64,000 nucleotides of DNA from Rozella allomycis CSF55 (lineage: Eukaryota), in assembly GCA_000442015.1 (NCBI GenBank), contig KE561300.1, forward strand, positions 1 to 64,000, in the 5' to 3' direction. Both the position numbers and the translations under genes were made by a program. Position 1 is the first letter of the stretch. The number at the start of each line of letters is the position of its first letter. Below the pieces are notes generated by a model, which saw nothing but the letters and a program-made list of their open reading frames with translations, was not told where the DNA came from and made no database searches. Below, piece by piece: positions 47,914 through 60,481 of this stretch.

Positions 47914-50900
47914 TTATTCAAACAAAGAACCACAGAGATCAAAAAGCGCTTGAGTCAAAACCATAGTAGATAGGTCTTGATAAACCTTGGAACTTTTTTC
48001 GCATATTTCATATATTGTTACTGTATAACCCTTTGGTCTTTCGAATTCAACAATGGGAATTCCCCTTTGTCCACCGTCAGCGGATATTCATCGGTCAACT
48101 TGGTAACAATATCCTCCTGCTTTATTTCTGTGAACGTTTTATCAATTAATTCATGAATGACATTTGTGATAACATTCATTTTTCGATCGTCATTGTCATG
48201 GACATAATTTAAGCCTTCTTCTATAGGAGCAAGACCTCTCACAGGAAAATGATACAATGACCAGTCTTCAGGTGAGAGTGTGCCGGCTGTTATCACCAAA
48301 GGAAGTACTGATGCTTTTGGAATTTGAAGAACATCCATATCAGCATTAACACAATAATCAGCGACTATAAGAAACTTCAATTAATATTACCAAACACACT
48401 TCGCCGTCTTGCCATTCGTGGTTTTTGACCTTGTTCCATAATTGTACTCTTAGAGAAACTCAAATTTGTTTCCACGCTTGATTTCCTTCTAAAGTTGCTG
48501 ACGGTGATTTCATTGCGTTTATCTTGTTTTAATTGCTCGAGAACCTTTGTAGCTCTATGATAATCCGCCTGTTTTCAAAATGTCCGATAATGTACCAGTT
48601 TTTCTGTTTTGTAAATATTGCACTTTATAACGAGATTATAAAATTTAGCTAAATGGGAGCTTTTCAGAACCACCCTGCAGTTATAAGATTGACCAACAGG
48701 AATTGTACCCCTTGTCGGATAGACACAAACTATTATCTCTAATTGAACGAAATACCAGTATCTTTATAAAGGCTTTCTATTTCCCATTCAAAGTCAATAT
48801 CACATTCGCTCCGATTAGCAACTTTGCAAAGTCCATTAAAACTGGAGCCACTGAAAGACCATCCAAAATTTAGTATTTCGTTAGATAAAAATGCTAATTG
48901 ATTATCATAGAAGCATGTTTGGTCGGTAGGTATCTTTGGAGCTTCAGCGAGTGCCTAAAATATTCGTGAAATCAAAGGAATACATGTGATGCCAATCCAG
49001 TCCCTCTAATTTTGCAAAAGTACGTTTTTTCGTCATTTATTTTAATAGAAAATTCAGTCTATTTTGGACAATTTTAGGATATATACTTCATAAAAATAGT
49101 TTTCTTCCAATGGACTGAAAGTCCATTCGCAATCGAATTTGGACCTTGGAGGGATTATTCCTTTTATACTACTGCATTGGAATATGTCTTTAAGCGCCTC
49201 AATCCATCATAATACATCTATTTACGTCAATTATTGAACTGGTATCCACTTCAAAAGATACTTCTTCTTCAGTTTCATTTATCAATGGAATAGTCTGAGA
49301 AAAATCTTATTGAAAATTTACTTGAATGACTGGCTGATGCAGTCCAACAGGGATGTCAACAAAATTGAAATCTTCAAATGTCAATGGATTTCTGCATGAC
49401 CTAGACTGCTGTGTTGAGGCGGTCATTAATATCATTCGGACCCTTCCTTTTAAGCTAGATGGACCATTCTGATTTTTTAATATAACGGGCATCGTGTGAT
49501 CGCCAATTGCCCGAGGATCGTAAGTACATTTGACGACGGTGGACTGACCGGGTGTTAAAACACCAGTCTGATATACATTGAAATAAAATTTTACCTTTGG
49601 ATTAAAATCAAAAAGTTGTTGCTCCAGAGTTTGACTCGATGTTGAATCAATATTGTTGGGTTCTAAAGAAAACTCACCAGGAGCAAAATCATCGGGGAAT
49701 GAGGCGACCCATTCAACATCAACACATCCCGAATTAACAAAATGCAAGTAAACGACTTTTTTCCCTTGACTACTATTTAAATAAAGAATAAGCTTACTTC
49801 AATACCAAGTTTCCGAAATTGAAAGTAATGTATGAATCATCTTGGAGTAATTCCTTGTTAACTAAAAAATCATATTTTACATGTGACTTTAAGCTTTCAT
49901 TAAACTTATCAATGGAAAAGGCTTGCCAAAGTGTTATTTTGTCAATGCCATCACATTTTACATCCTTAATTTGAATAAGAGGAAAAACACCCCTTGCTTT
50001 AATGGTGGTTATTTTTTCAATTGATGCATGTTTATCAATAGAAACATCACTACTTTCAATGAATCTAGGCAATGTGTCCACTAATTGTTTAAGTGCACAA
50101 ATAGTTACTCACAGGAAACCATAAGACATCACATAAATAACTTCTTTGGTGTTTCAAGAATGCATTTATATTGATTATTTTTGTTACTCTAGCAGGAAAA
50201 ACTACAACATCATCTTCAACGCGAAATGAATGGTCAGTAAGTTTGAATCGACAAGCGAGGTCACAGTCTGATTTATTCGTCACTGAAAGCTTTAATTTTT
50301 CGTGGTTATTTGCCATTAGATTTCCAAAATCGTACTCTTCTTTGTCGCATTGAATTGTTCCCTCACATCCTTGGCCCATAAGAGTAATTATTGCTTTCTT
50401 TGCATAAAGTAAGTTTAGGTCACTCTCTTCGATTAAAGATTCAGGTTTATCAGCATATCTGCATGTGACTTTCGCGACGTGAGACTTCTCAGTTGTTGGA
50501 GCAAAAAACCAAGTGCATTGCATGGCTTCGGATGGACCAATATATCCTTCGGCTGGCTGAACCTCCAAAGTATCTCTGTATTGAAACGGTATTTCCCACT
50601 ATTTACGCATTACATTTTGAATTACTTTGAAATAAAGTGGAACATTTGTGACATTTCTTGCTATTGTTACACGCTCTGATACACCATTAATCCATGTTGG
50701 TTTAAAGCATACCAAATTTGGTTCCAAAGTTATTTTCGGTAAATATCCAGTGCCTAACATTTCGATAGTACTTGTACTGGAACCATAATTGAAATGGCAC
50801 ACAAGAGGCGTTTTGTACTCCTTGAACTCCAGTGGCGTGAATCGAAAAAGAATAATTTGAGACTAATTTAGTTAATCAATCTAGGAGTACTTGATTTGGA

Positions 50901-53257
50901 GACAATAACCCATGGTTGGGTTTTGCGGCGAAGACGCCAGAATTATCATTCGAAAACCAAAATTTTACAGAAGTATCTCCAGTATTTGTAACATTAATAC
51001 TTTTGTATATCTGTTCTCCGACCATACACGAAGGAAACTCCAAAAAGTTTTGGTTAAAACTAATTTTTGGTATAAATGAATCCCCTTTTGAAAATGTATT
51101 TCTTTGATTATAGAGGAGAATAAGTAATACCCGGAAATGTAAGGAGATAAGTGAATAGGCGGAGTAAATGTTTCTTCATTGACCAGTCTAAAACTTCTCA
51201 TGCTCTTAAAGCAAGCGTAGCCATCAATGTGTTGTCCATAGAATCGGTCGTCGTCAGAAGGTCGAAATGAAACTCTAAACTCGTACGATGATTTGGCATT
51301 GATGTCGGCGGTGTCTGGCTGAATAAAGAATATAGAATTGCTTTTGTCATGGCGGTTCAAAGTCATTACGTGTTCAATACATCCCAGGAACAGGAAATTT
51401 TTCCTTTTGTGCAATTGACAACTTTTAATGGCAATGACTCTACCATTCTGTATTTGGAACAAGTGCCAAAATCAACAATAGGATTTTCAATATAAACTTG
51501 TGGAGTTAGTTGTTCAGTTTGCTCCAAGAAAAATTGTTCAGAGACCGACTCAGGTCGGCTTTCGGGTCTATATTTTGCTATATAAGCACTAAAACAAACA
51601 TTACAACATAAGCTAAGATTTGAAGGAACAAGGAGGCCGTTTTCTAGTATCACTGTGCCATTTTTAAGCATATCTTCAAGGAGTTCTGGTGGGTAAAAAG
51701 AAAGTCCAGCATCTACTCTATGTTTATAGGCAGCCAAATGGTCAGGTAACATGGACGGCGGCCTTTGCTTTTCACTATAACAAGTACCCAAAATTTCAAT
51801 AACAGATGGTTCTTGATTCTCAACTAAGCAATATACTCGTTTATAATAATGAATTGGATTATTGGGACTAAATTTAAATACGATACTCAAGCTAGTTTCT
51901 GGTGGAATGTTCCCTTGCGACTTGTCGATTGAAAAAACAGAGCCTGTGTCATTGTAAAATTGATATGTAAGATTTATCTTTGACAGGTTTGAGAACACCA
52001 AAATTTTAGATATAGATGTACCTAATTCAACGTCACCAAATTGTATTATTTTGTTGCTAATATGATATTTTGGACCTTCAGCTCTTCCAGCCAAGCAGAG
52101 CTTTATTTGGTTTCCTGAAAGTGTTTTTACAACGTATTCATATACTGAAACGGATCCAGGCGCCTTTGGTTTATAAGTTATCTATATGTTAATTGATAAT
52201 GTGTAATACTTGAAATGAAGTGGATGATTCATTATTTATCTGGCCTTTCAAAATGTTAAACTCGAATGGACTGCCATGATGTTTGGTGCCGACAAATTCG
52301 ACTTGCTTGACAGAAAAATTTGCTTTAACCTTTTAATACCTTAAAAACAAATTACTTTGGTTAAATTTGCGATTTCAATCCGCCTTGTATATGACTTTCC
52401 GATTAAAACAGTTCCAAAATTGATTTTGTATGTTCCTGTAGTTTCCCGAGTAATATTCTCATTTAGAATTGGCTTGATGAATGGATATTTTCCTATTCCT
52501 TGTAATAGCAAATTTTGTGTTAATGAGACGCTCTTATCAGCATTGGAATTGTAAAGATTTTCTCCAAAAGCGCAGACAGCCAAACCCTCAATTTTGGAAG
52601 CATCCTATATATGTCAACAATTGTATCTACTCTTGGTAGGAATTGAATTTCTACAGCAACAGATTCTTTAGGTTTAAGCGACCCTGAAGAAGGATGCATT
52701 TTGAACAAGTCAGGGTAGTCCCACTTAAACTCCGTAGTTAGTTCTCCGGTATTCTTTATTTTGAGCACTCGTGTTTCTATTTCATTTACTGGGCAATATC
52801 CAAAGTTAACTGTGGAATCAAATGTTATTTCATGCTTCGCCAAAGACGCTGCTATTGTAAAATAAAAACATCTATTTGCCAATTTGAACTCAATGTTATC
52901 TTTGTATTCTTCCTTTTATCTTCTTCGGTATGTTCTTATTACCTTTTTGACTGGTCTAAATGTGACAGGTATTGTCCACGACATTCCAGTGGATAATATT
53001 TTGACCTCAGGGAATTCCATACTAAATATTTTAGATCTTGGCAATGTATAAGTAATTTTCTGTGTCAGAGGTGATACATTCTTTATGACGATATTCTGTA
53101 CAAATTCACCGCCGATATGCCAATTTTTAAAGACCACAGATTCAATCGCATCAATCCCGTATTCTTTGATTCTCTTTGTCCTTGACGGTGTATATATTTG
53201 ACTTTTATTTGACGGAATCTTAGACGTGATAGGCGGCAAAGGCTCTTGAACAACCAT
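47914..53257 (-). CDS. CFAP65: Cilia- and flagella-associated protein 65 (CCDC108), many tiny introns
   Basis: YGIDAIESVVFKNWHIGGEFVQNIVIKNVS..TQKITY, repeated ASH/Ig-like domains and FKSMRSFRLVNEETFTPP. Confidence 0.85.
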
Positions 53258-53269
53258 TCTACGGAATCA

Positions 53270-53280
53270 AAATGTAAACA
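53270..53280. promoter_or_regulatory. Forkhead-like AAATGTAAACA site upstream of CFAP65
   Basis: 12 nt from the ATG; the same 11-mer is at 8156-8166, 22000-22010 and 25050-25060. Confidence 0.5.
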
Positions 53281-53615
53281 AAAAGTAAGGTTACAGATTA
53301 TGATTTATTTTATTCTAATCTTCTTTAATGAACATACCGCATCTTTTCAGCATTTGAGTGATTAACCAGCACACTTGACAATGAATGAATGGTACGCAGT
53401 CATCTGCTCTTATTTATGGAATCACAAAATCATTCTTGATTCTAAGAATTAAAAAGAAGAAATAACATAACAATTAAGATAAATTAAACAATAAATTAAT
53501 ATTTAATTGAAGTTTTGAAGAAAAATTTAATCATTAAATAATTTTTCTATTAAAAAATCTAAAAAAGTTACCAAAAAATAGTATTTTTAGTAAATAAATT
53601 TCGGAGAATTCTAAA

Positions 53616-55805
53616 ATGAATTCTGTCCTTGAAGACCTGAGAAATCGAGTAGTGAGAATCAAACAACTCTTGGATAAGCCATATAAGAAATGGTCAGTTT
53701 CAGAAAAAGAAGTGTACGTTAACAGAAAGCAGGCTCTGGAGACCTTGATTTCGGAGGAAGCCAAACTCAATTCGGAGGAAGCCAAACTTAATGAAGAATT
53801 GGATAGAGAAAGAGAAAGAGAAAACAAAAAGTTGAGCGACGGCAGGATGTTTTTAAATTATCTTGTAGAAACAGATATGTATACTATTAGCCAAAGAAAA
53901 TTAATGCTCAAAATCTTTGCGGAGAATTATGAAACCAATTTAATATTACAGATGCAGAGCTGGGAATTGATTCTTCTTGAAATATTGGAAATACAAGAAA
54001 AAATAGATGATGCGCACTTTTCATCAATGAGGTCTCTTCCCTGTGATTATATTTCAAAATGGACAAAAATATATAAAAGTATTGAAAAAAAGTTGCCTGA
54101 TTTACCAAACTATTTGGAGGCCCCAGCCAGGAGGTTCTACAATCTAATTGGATTCGGCATCGTGGACTCAAGCTTTGTGATTAATAACAAGGATTTAATC
54201 CTGGAAATCTTGGAAGAGCAGAATTTGGGGCTCAGTGTGAAAATTCCTTTTGAATCGATGGAGATGACGGGTGTTAATGAGTTTAGCGACGAAGAAAAGA
54301 ATGCGTTTAATGTAGCATTAATGAAAGCGAAAATATTCGAGCACTCTAAAAGCGCCAATCCAGAAGAGCAATACAGAATATTGCATTCCTTTATTCTGGA
54401 GGCTGGGATTACTTGGATCAATTCTCATCTAAAGTTTGTGCCTGAGTATCAAATGAATTCACTTACTGGATACAAATTTGACCACAAAATTGACATAGCA
54501 TTTGTTTTGAAGGGTTTTGGCCCATTCGACCTCCCTTTCTTTTTAGTTGAGTGTTCGGGCTATTTTACGAATGGCTTCCAACATAAAGACTATAGAAAAT
54601 TGATCATGTGCATGTTTTCAGTACTTTTGTATTTAAAGGAGCTCTTTAAAAATTATCCCGAAGTTCAAAAGAAGCTCAGGGTGTACGGTGGCTTCACTGG
54701 CAAAAGCATCCTTCAATTGGTTAAACTGGTTCCAGTTATTGACGGAAAAGACAGTTTCTATATCTTTGAGAATCCAAAAGATTGGGAACTTGATGTTCTG
54801 GGCAATGAGAAAGTTTCCTGTGAAAAGCATGAATGTACCTTCTGCAAAAATAGGGACTTTCATGAACTAGAATTGAAGGATGTAGAGATTGAATTTGGGA
54901 ACCTTTGCATTACAGATGATACCAAAATCAACAAGGTCCCTGTATATGACGAGTCAATATGCACCAACAATTTAAGTCACTTATTTAATGGTCTGAAAGA
55001 AGTTCGAGAATATGGTGAATACTTGAGGAAAGAAATTTCAAAATTAGACGTTCCTTTTATTGAAAACTTCTCTTTTCAATCTTTTTCATCAGAATCTAAT
55101 CCCAACACTAGACCATCTCATTCAAAATCAACCTCAAGGAAAGACAGACAGCGAAGAACCCCGAAAAAGTCCAACATGACAACCAGAAATAATCAAGGTA
55201 GCTCTCAAACTACGGCGGTCATTACAAAGTATTATAATAGCTCTGAGATAGAATTTTTGAAAAAGCTGCAATCAGACAAAGTTGTTCAGTTATTTGACTA
55301 TACCATTTATGACGACCATTATGAACTGGTAGAAGAACTTTTGTATTTGAAAAATTCTATATACTACAATGAAGAAGATTTATTGGACTATGTTTGTAAC
55401 GGCTTAGAAGCTCTTTTATTCCTCCGAGATAATTTTTGTATTCACAGAGATATAAAACCTGCCAATTACATGTATTCTTACAACTCAAACACTTGGAAAT
55501 TGCTTGATTTTGATCGATCTATATTTGTTGACGAATCGGGCGTGGTAGCATTCAATAAAGTACATGGAACAGAAGGATTTATTGCCCCTGAGATGTTAAA
55601 TTGTGAAAACTATTCGTACACTGTTGACTGGTTCAGTTTTGGTAAAACTTTAGAAAAGATCCCTTTGCAACGCTTTGATAAGTCTTTTGCTTCTTTCGTA
55701 AATAATATCATCACGTCACTAACAAATACCTCTCCTTCACATCGTCAAGATCCTGCGTTATTACTAAGTCAAGCCGAGAAATATAGACCATTAGAAATGT
55801 TATAG
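53616..55805 (+). CDS. Crinkler/CR-type effector-like protein: helical header + PD-(D/E)xK-like nuclease + C-terminal kinase
   Basis: Header LLDKPYKKWSVSEKEVY plus coiled coil; PEY..KIDIAF..FFLVECS; kinase HRDIKPAN, LLDFD, GTEGFIAPE and DWFSFG. Confidence 0.7.
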   Translation: MNSVLEDLRNRVVRIKQLLDKPYKKWSVSEKEVYVNRKQALETLISEEAKLNSEEAKLNEELDRERERENKKLSDGRMFLNYLVETDMYTISQRKLMLKIFAENYETNLILQMQSWELILLEILEIQEKIDDAHFSSMRSLPCDYISKWTKIYKSIEKKLPDLPNYLEAPARRFYNLIGFGIVDSSFVINNKDLILEILEEQNLGLSVKIPFESMEMTGVNEFSDEEKNAFNVALMKAKIFEHSKSANPEEQYRILHSFILEAGITWINSHLKFVPEYQMNSLTGYKFDHKIDIAFVLKGFGPFDLPFFLVECSGYFTNGFQHKDYRKLIMCMFSVLLYLKELFKNYPEVQKKLRVYGGFTGKSILQLVKLVPVIDGKDSFYIFENPKDWELDVLGNEKVSCEKHECTFCKNRDFHELELKDVEIEFGNLCITDDTKINKVPVYDESICTNNLSHLFNGLKEVREYGEYLRKEISKLDVPFIENFSFQSFSSESNPNTRPSHSKSTSRKDRQRRTPKKSNMTTRNNQGSSQTTAVITKYYNSSEIEFLKKLQSDKVVQLFDYTIYDDHYELVEELLYLKNSIYYNEEDLLDYVCNGLEALLFLRDNFCIHRDIKPANYMYSYNSNTWKLLDFDRSIFVDESGVVAFNKVHGTEGFIAPEMLNCENYSYTVDWFSFGKTLEKIPLQRFDKSFASFVNNIITSLTNTSPSHRQDPALLLSQAEKYRPLEML

Positions 55806-55937
55806 TATTAACAAGGCTCAACGTTTATTACTTTACAATCAATAAATTCAAATTTAAATATTTTACAATAATTTAAAATATAATCACAAAAATGCTACCA
55901 ATTCCCAATTCCCAAACAAGAATTTATTTATTTTAAA

Positions 55938-57367
55938 TTAATCTTCTGAAAGCAATTCATTCAAGTCTAATTTAATAACATCTTCAGGAATGAATAGAAT
56001 CTGTTCACCTGCCACATTCTTTTTGAATAAAATAATTTTATGATCTTTAAACTCTGTCAACTGCGCTCTGAAGGTTAAATCATTCGATACCAAAAGCCGG
56101 TCACTGCATTGTTTGAAAAATATTGAATACACAATCCCAAGATCTTCGTGCGATCTTTTTCCTTGATCATAGAGGTCTCTTTGCCTTTCAAAGAGTTTTT
56201 TAAATATCTCTCTTGCATTAGGAGTCAAACTAGAAAGAACGTGGCGAACTCCCCGCATTGAAAGGTCTGTCGAGTTCAACAGCAATGAGTTTTCATATGA
56301 TGTTTCAGACTTGTAAGGACTAAAATTGGTGCAATCATGATAAACCCAGTTGAAACCATTAGCTTTCTGGCTGTCCCAGAGAAGAGGTGCTTGAATGTGA
56401 TCTATTGACGCAATGAAATGAAAGCAAGAGCTAGACGCCAATAAACTTAGAGAAGTTTGTGTTTTTTCATTTCTCAAATTTATCCCATCAATATTGTGAA
56501 TCAAGACGTACGCAAAGCATGTTTTTGACAAAAGTCTTTGTTTCTGAATAAAATTTATCATTTCATTTGTGTAGTCTAAAATATTAGCAGTGACTGCATT
56601 TGGAAAATCTATCGATGTGGCTATTGTAGAAAGAATGTCTTTTATGCTCAAAGTAGGCACGTATCCATTGATGATAACAAGAGGGGTGTCATTTAAATAT
56701 TTCAAGGCAAAATCTTCTAGTATCATCTTTTTAGAGCCATATCCGTAAAACAAAAGGTTAAAATCGGATTTTAATTCAGAAAACCACTGAGGAAACATTG
56801 TTGAATATAGTTTTTTCAACAAGAGTTGTTCATTTTGATTTGAATAGCCAACAGTCTGAATTAATTTCAATAATCTGTCTGGTTCAATTTCAGGGAGCTT
56901 AGATAAAGTATTTGAAGATGTTTTTGAATTTTTCATGTCGTATAATTGCTGAAAGTAGCTTGCAAATGTTTGCCCCTCATTTTCTTCATCACTTGAAGAT
57001 TTTTCACCCTCACTTTTTCTTCTGCCGGCAAGTTTACAAGATTTTTAACCTTTTTTACAAGATTATTCTTCGAAACTCGTTTCCCACTGTACAAATCTTT
57101 CCCAACCGTTTCCCCTTCATCTACATCTAGCATTGACTTTCTTTCCTGTTTTTGTTTTTCGCTTCTAGTTATTCTATCTTGCAAAGGGTCTATATTTTCC
57201 TGGTCTTCTTTCTTGATTTGACAGCCTTCTTCGTCGCTGGACTCGTGTATCATAAGTTTAGAGGGTATGGACTTTCTTTTGACATTTTTTGATGTGATGA
57301 TAGTTTTGTGAGGAATTAAGAATCCAGACTCTTCGTGTCTAGTTTGTTTTAATAGAGGAACCTTCAT
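55938..57367 (-). CDS. ORC2: Origin recognition complex subunit 2
   Basis: FPQWFSEL..FNLLFYGYGSKK, LIHNIDG, IASIDH..APLLWD and LTEFKDHK. The join to the 5' ORF near 57020-57095 is unresolved. Confidence 0.92.
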
Positions 57368-57411
57368 GAACAATTGAGAAAAATCAGAATCTTCGTTTCG
57401 ATAAATTTTGA

Positions 57412-60347
57412 ATGACAAACAAGGAGAACATTCGACCTAGAAAGAAAGACAAACCTAGAAAGAGCAATGCTGTATCAGTGGCTGCTAGTGGACTTCAGAA
57501 ATTGATACTCTCTGGACAAACGCCTCGACATTTGGAAAAGCAGCAATATAAACAAAAGGTAGTCTTAATATTATACTTTAATAGCAAATGGATGTGAGAT
57601 CGAAGCAGTTAGCAATGATTGCTGTTAGAAAATGGAGGTCTTTTGTGAAGAAGAGAATAAATGAGCGAGCTATTCAGACAAAGGCAATTAAGGCGCTGAA
57701 AGAGTATGCAAAGTATGAAAAACTGAAATGGGCGCGGAAAGTGCGTGCGAAATTTCATCAGGAATATTACAATTGTCGCCATCATTTTGCTATGTGGCGA
57801 GTAGCAGCCACTGTAAAGAAACAGAATAAACACAACTATGAAATGGCTGATAAAAGATGTAGATATAAATTAATTTGCTTAAATAGATGAAAGATTAAGG
57901 TTATGTTCAGCATTTCGCTTTATTAAATATGAATATAAAAGGAGATTGGAATTTAACCGTTTGATTGGATTGTTTGAGTTGTCCAAACAACAAAAAATTT
58001 TAATAAAATGGAAAGAATTTTATTGTGATACATTGATTGATAAGAAACATGCACCAGCTGTGAATGATTTCTTGATGAGAAAATCTGTCAAAATGTCTTA
58101 TTTGAATTGGTCAAAATCATTCAAAGAAATTCAAATGAATGTTATGAAAGCTGAATTGATGGCCCAGAGAAATGTTGCGAGTGCATTCTTTAATAAATTA
58201 AAGATGAAATATGTTCAAATCTTAAAGATAAAGAAGCTGGAGTTGATGGCGATCAAATTTCAACGTAGAAAATGGATTTTAAGAGTGAAGCAAATAGCCA
58301 TGAAATGTTTATTTTGGAAGCCGAGAGCTGAACATTCCATTTTCTATTTTGAAAGAAGAAAGCAACGAGAATATTTCCACAAAATTAAGGCGCGTAAATT
58401 TAATGAAAAAATAAAAAAAGGGATGCGTGAAATTAATTCAAAGAGAGACAAGGGTTTGTTTTTGAATGAACAAAGAAACTTTCAGATGATGGCTACAATA
58501 TTTCATAAATGGATCCTTGAAAGTATTTTGGTTAATTCAGAGGCCAAATCATTTGTAATATATTATTGTAATAATTAAAAGAAACTGAAACGATTAATAA
58601 ACAAATGGAAAAAGATTGCTGTGAGGAAAAGAGATTTAAAAGCCTTGCAATTTTACGAGTTTAATTTGAAAAAGAATTTTCTTTTGTTGTGGAGATTCAC
58701 CAAACAAATTGTTGTCAACCAAAATGAATTATTTTCTCTTCTTAAATTAAGATGTGATCGGAAATTTCTTAAAGTAGCTTTCGCAGGTTTACAATTATTG
58801 GCAAAGAGAGAACAAAGCAAGAAATCATTTCTCAACAAGGGTTATTTTAAAATAAAATCATTATATTTTAATTTTTGGAAAGATTCAACCAAGTTTAAAC
58901 AACATTATGATATTCTGCAGATGATGTCATTAGATTTTGATATGGCCAGGGTCATTCATGCAGCATTTACAAAATGGAAACATTCAACAGGCGAGATTTA
59001 TAAGATTAGAGTACAACAAGTAAAAATAATGCCTTACATTTAGTAGATTTTGATGCTTGATAGATATTATTGCAAGGTTGCTAGTAATATCATCAATGAA
59101 TGGCATTCTATTGTTGTTAAGAAGAAGAAATTAAAAGAAAAACAAGAAAATTTAATTTTAAATAAATCAAAAAGAAACAAATTCTTCTTTTTTCAGTTTT
59201 GGAGAGATAAAATTGCCAATTTAGCATCATTCAAGTTGCAGCTTGAAAAGGCTGAAGAAAGGAACAAGAGAAATATAAAAGTTAAAAGTTTAAACGTTTG
59301 GAGAAACAAATTAAAAATCATTGAGGGGAATAAAGTCAAGAGTGACGGTGCGTTTGATAGAAATAGAAAGATTTTCATGTTCAAAGTTTGGCTTTTGAAA
59401 TTTCGATTGTTTGAATGTTTCAAAAAAGATGAAATGTTTTCCCTTAAAGTTTACAATTTGAATTGTTTAGCCAAAGTAAATAAAAACATTCTTGTTAATT
59501 AAAGACATTTGTTAATTGGAGATCAGAATTGTTTAGCATTCAAAATCTCTATCAAGAATCATTTGAACAATTTAAACTTAATAAATTAATAAACTTTTTA
59601 AAACAATGGCGAATTCATCTCAAACGAAGAGGTGATTTAGACTTTGCTAATAATTTCTACAATCGAAAAATAAAATCAAAAATATTTAAAAATTCATTCA
59701 ATTTATTTCTTAAAATTAATTCTTTAAATAAAAGATTAATTAAATTTGAAATGAAAAAAGATCTTTTGCAAATAAAGTTTAAAGATTGGAGATTCAAAGT
59801 CCACGAAAAAAATAAACTAAAAAGAAAATATTTAATTGCAGACAATTTTTATTTCAATCTTTTACAAAAGAGATCATTAATTGGTCTCTATTCCTACAGC
59901 CAATACAAAATAGACAAAAAGCCATACAAGTTAAAATTCCAAAAACTCCAATCAGACATTATATTTTTCCGTTCAATCAACAAGAAAAGAAGAGTTTTTG
60001 TTTCATGGCTTCAACTAAAAGAAAAAAAGAGAATTGAAAGGATTCCGCCCCCAAAGATTAAAATTAGATCGCCATCAATCCAAAGAACTCTGATTGACGC
60101 TAATCACATTCAATCGTGCTTGAGAGAATTGGAACAAGAAAAATTGGCTCATTTAGCTAATGTTGAAGATTATGAAAAGACAAGATCATTGTTTTGTAAA
60201 TCAAAAGATAAAAAGATTCAAAAACGTTTAATCGAGTTGGAAAATTTGATTAAAGATTATCAAGCAACTGAAAGAGCAAGAGCCGCCAAACATAGAATTT
60301 TGACGCAGAGAGCTGAAGCCCTGAAAATTACAATAAAATCACTCTAA
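57412..60347 (+). CDS. SFI1-like centrin-binding repeat protein (basal body/spindle pole)
   Basis: Basic helical protein with recurrent F/L-x-x-W-K/R repeats (FAMWR, FNFWK, FTKWK, FQFWR, FKDWR); 5 tiny introns. Confidence 0.65.
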
Positions 60348-60481
60348 AAACAAATAAACTTACGTTTACAAATCTAAATTTAAACCCTGATTATAAAATA
60401 TTAGCAAATTGTTATAGTCCTTCTTCAGTCTTCTAGCTTCATAAATTCCTAATTTTGGAATTTTACAAATACCAAATAATG

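Noticed and set aside
2233-60390. ACCCTG motif in several intergenic regions (~2234, 26364, 40266, 60384)
   Set aside because: A hexamer that also occurs in coding sequence; enrichment cannot be shown by eye.
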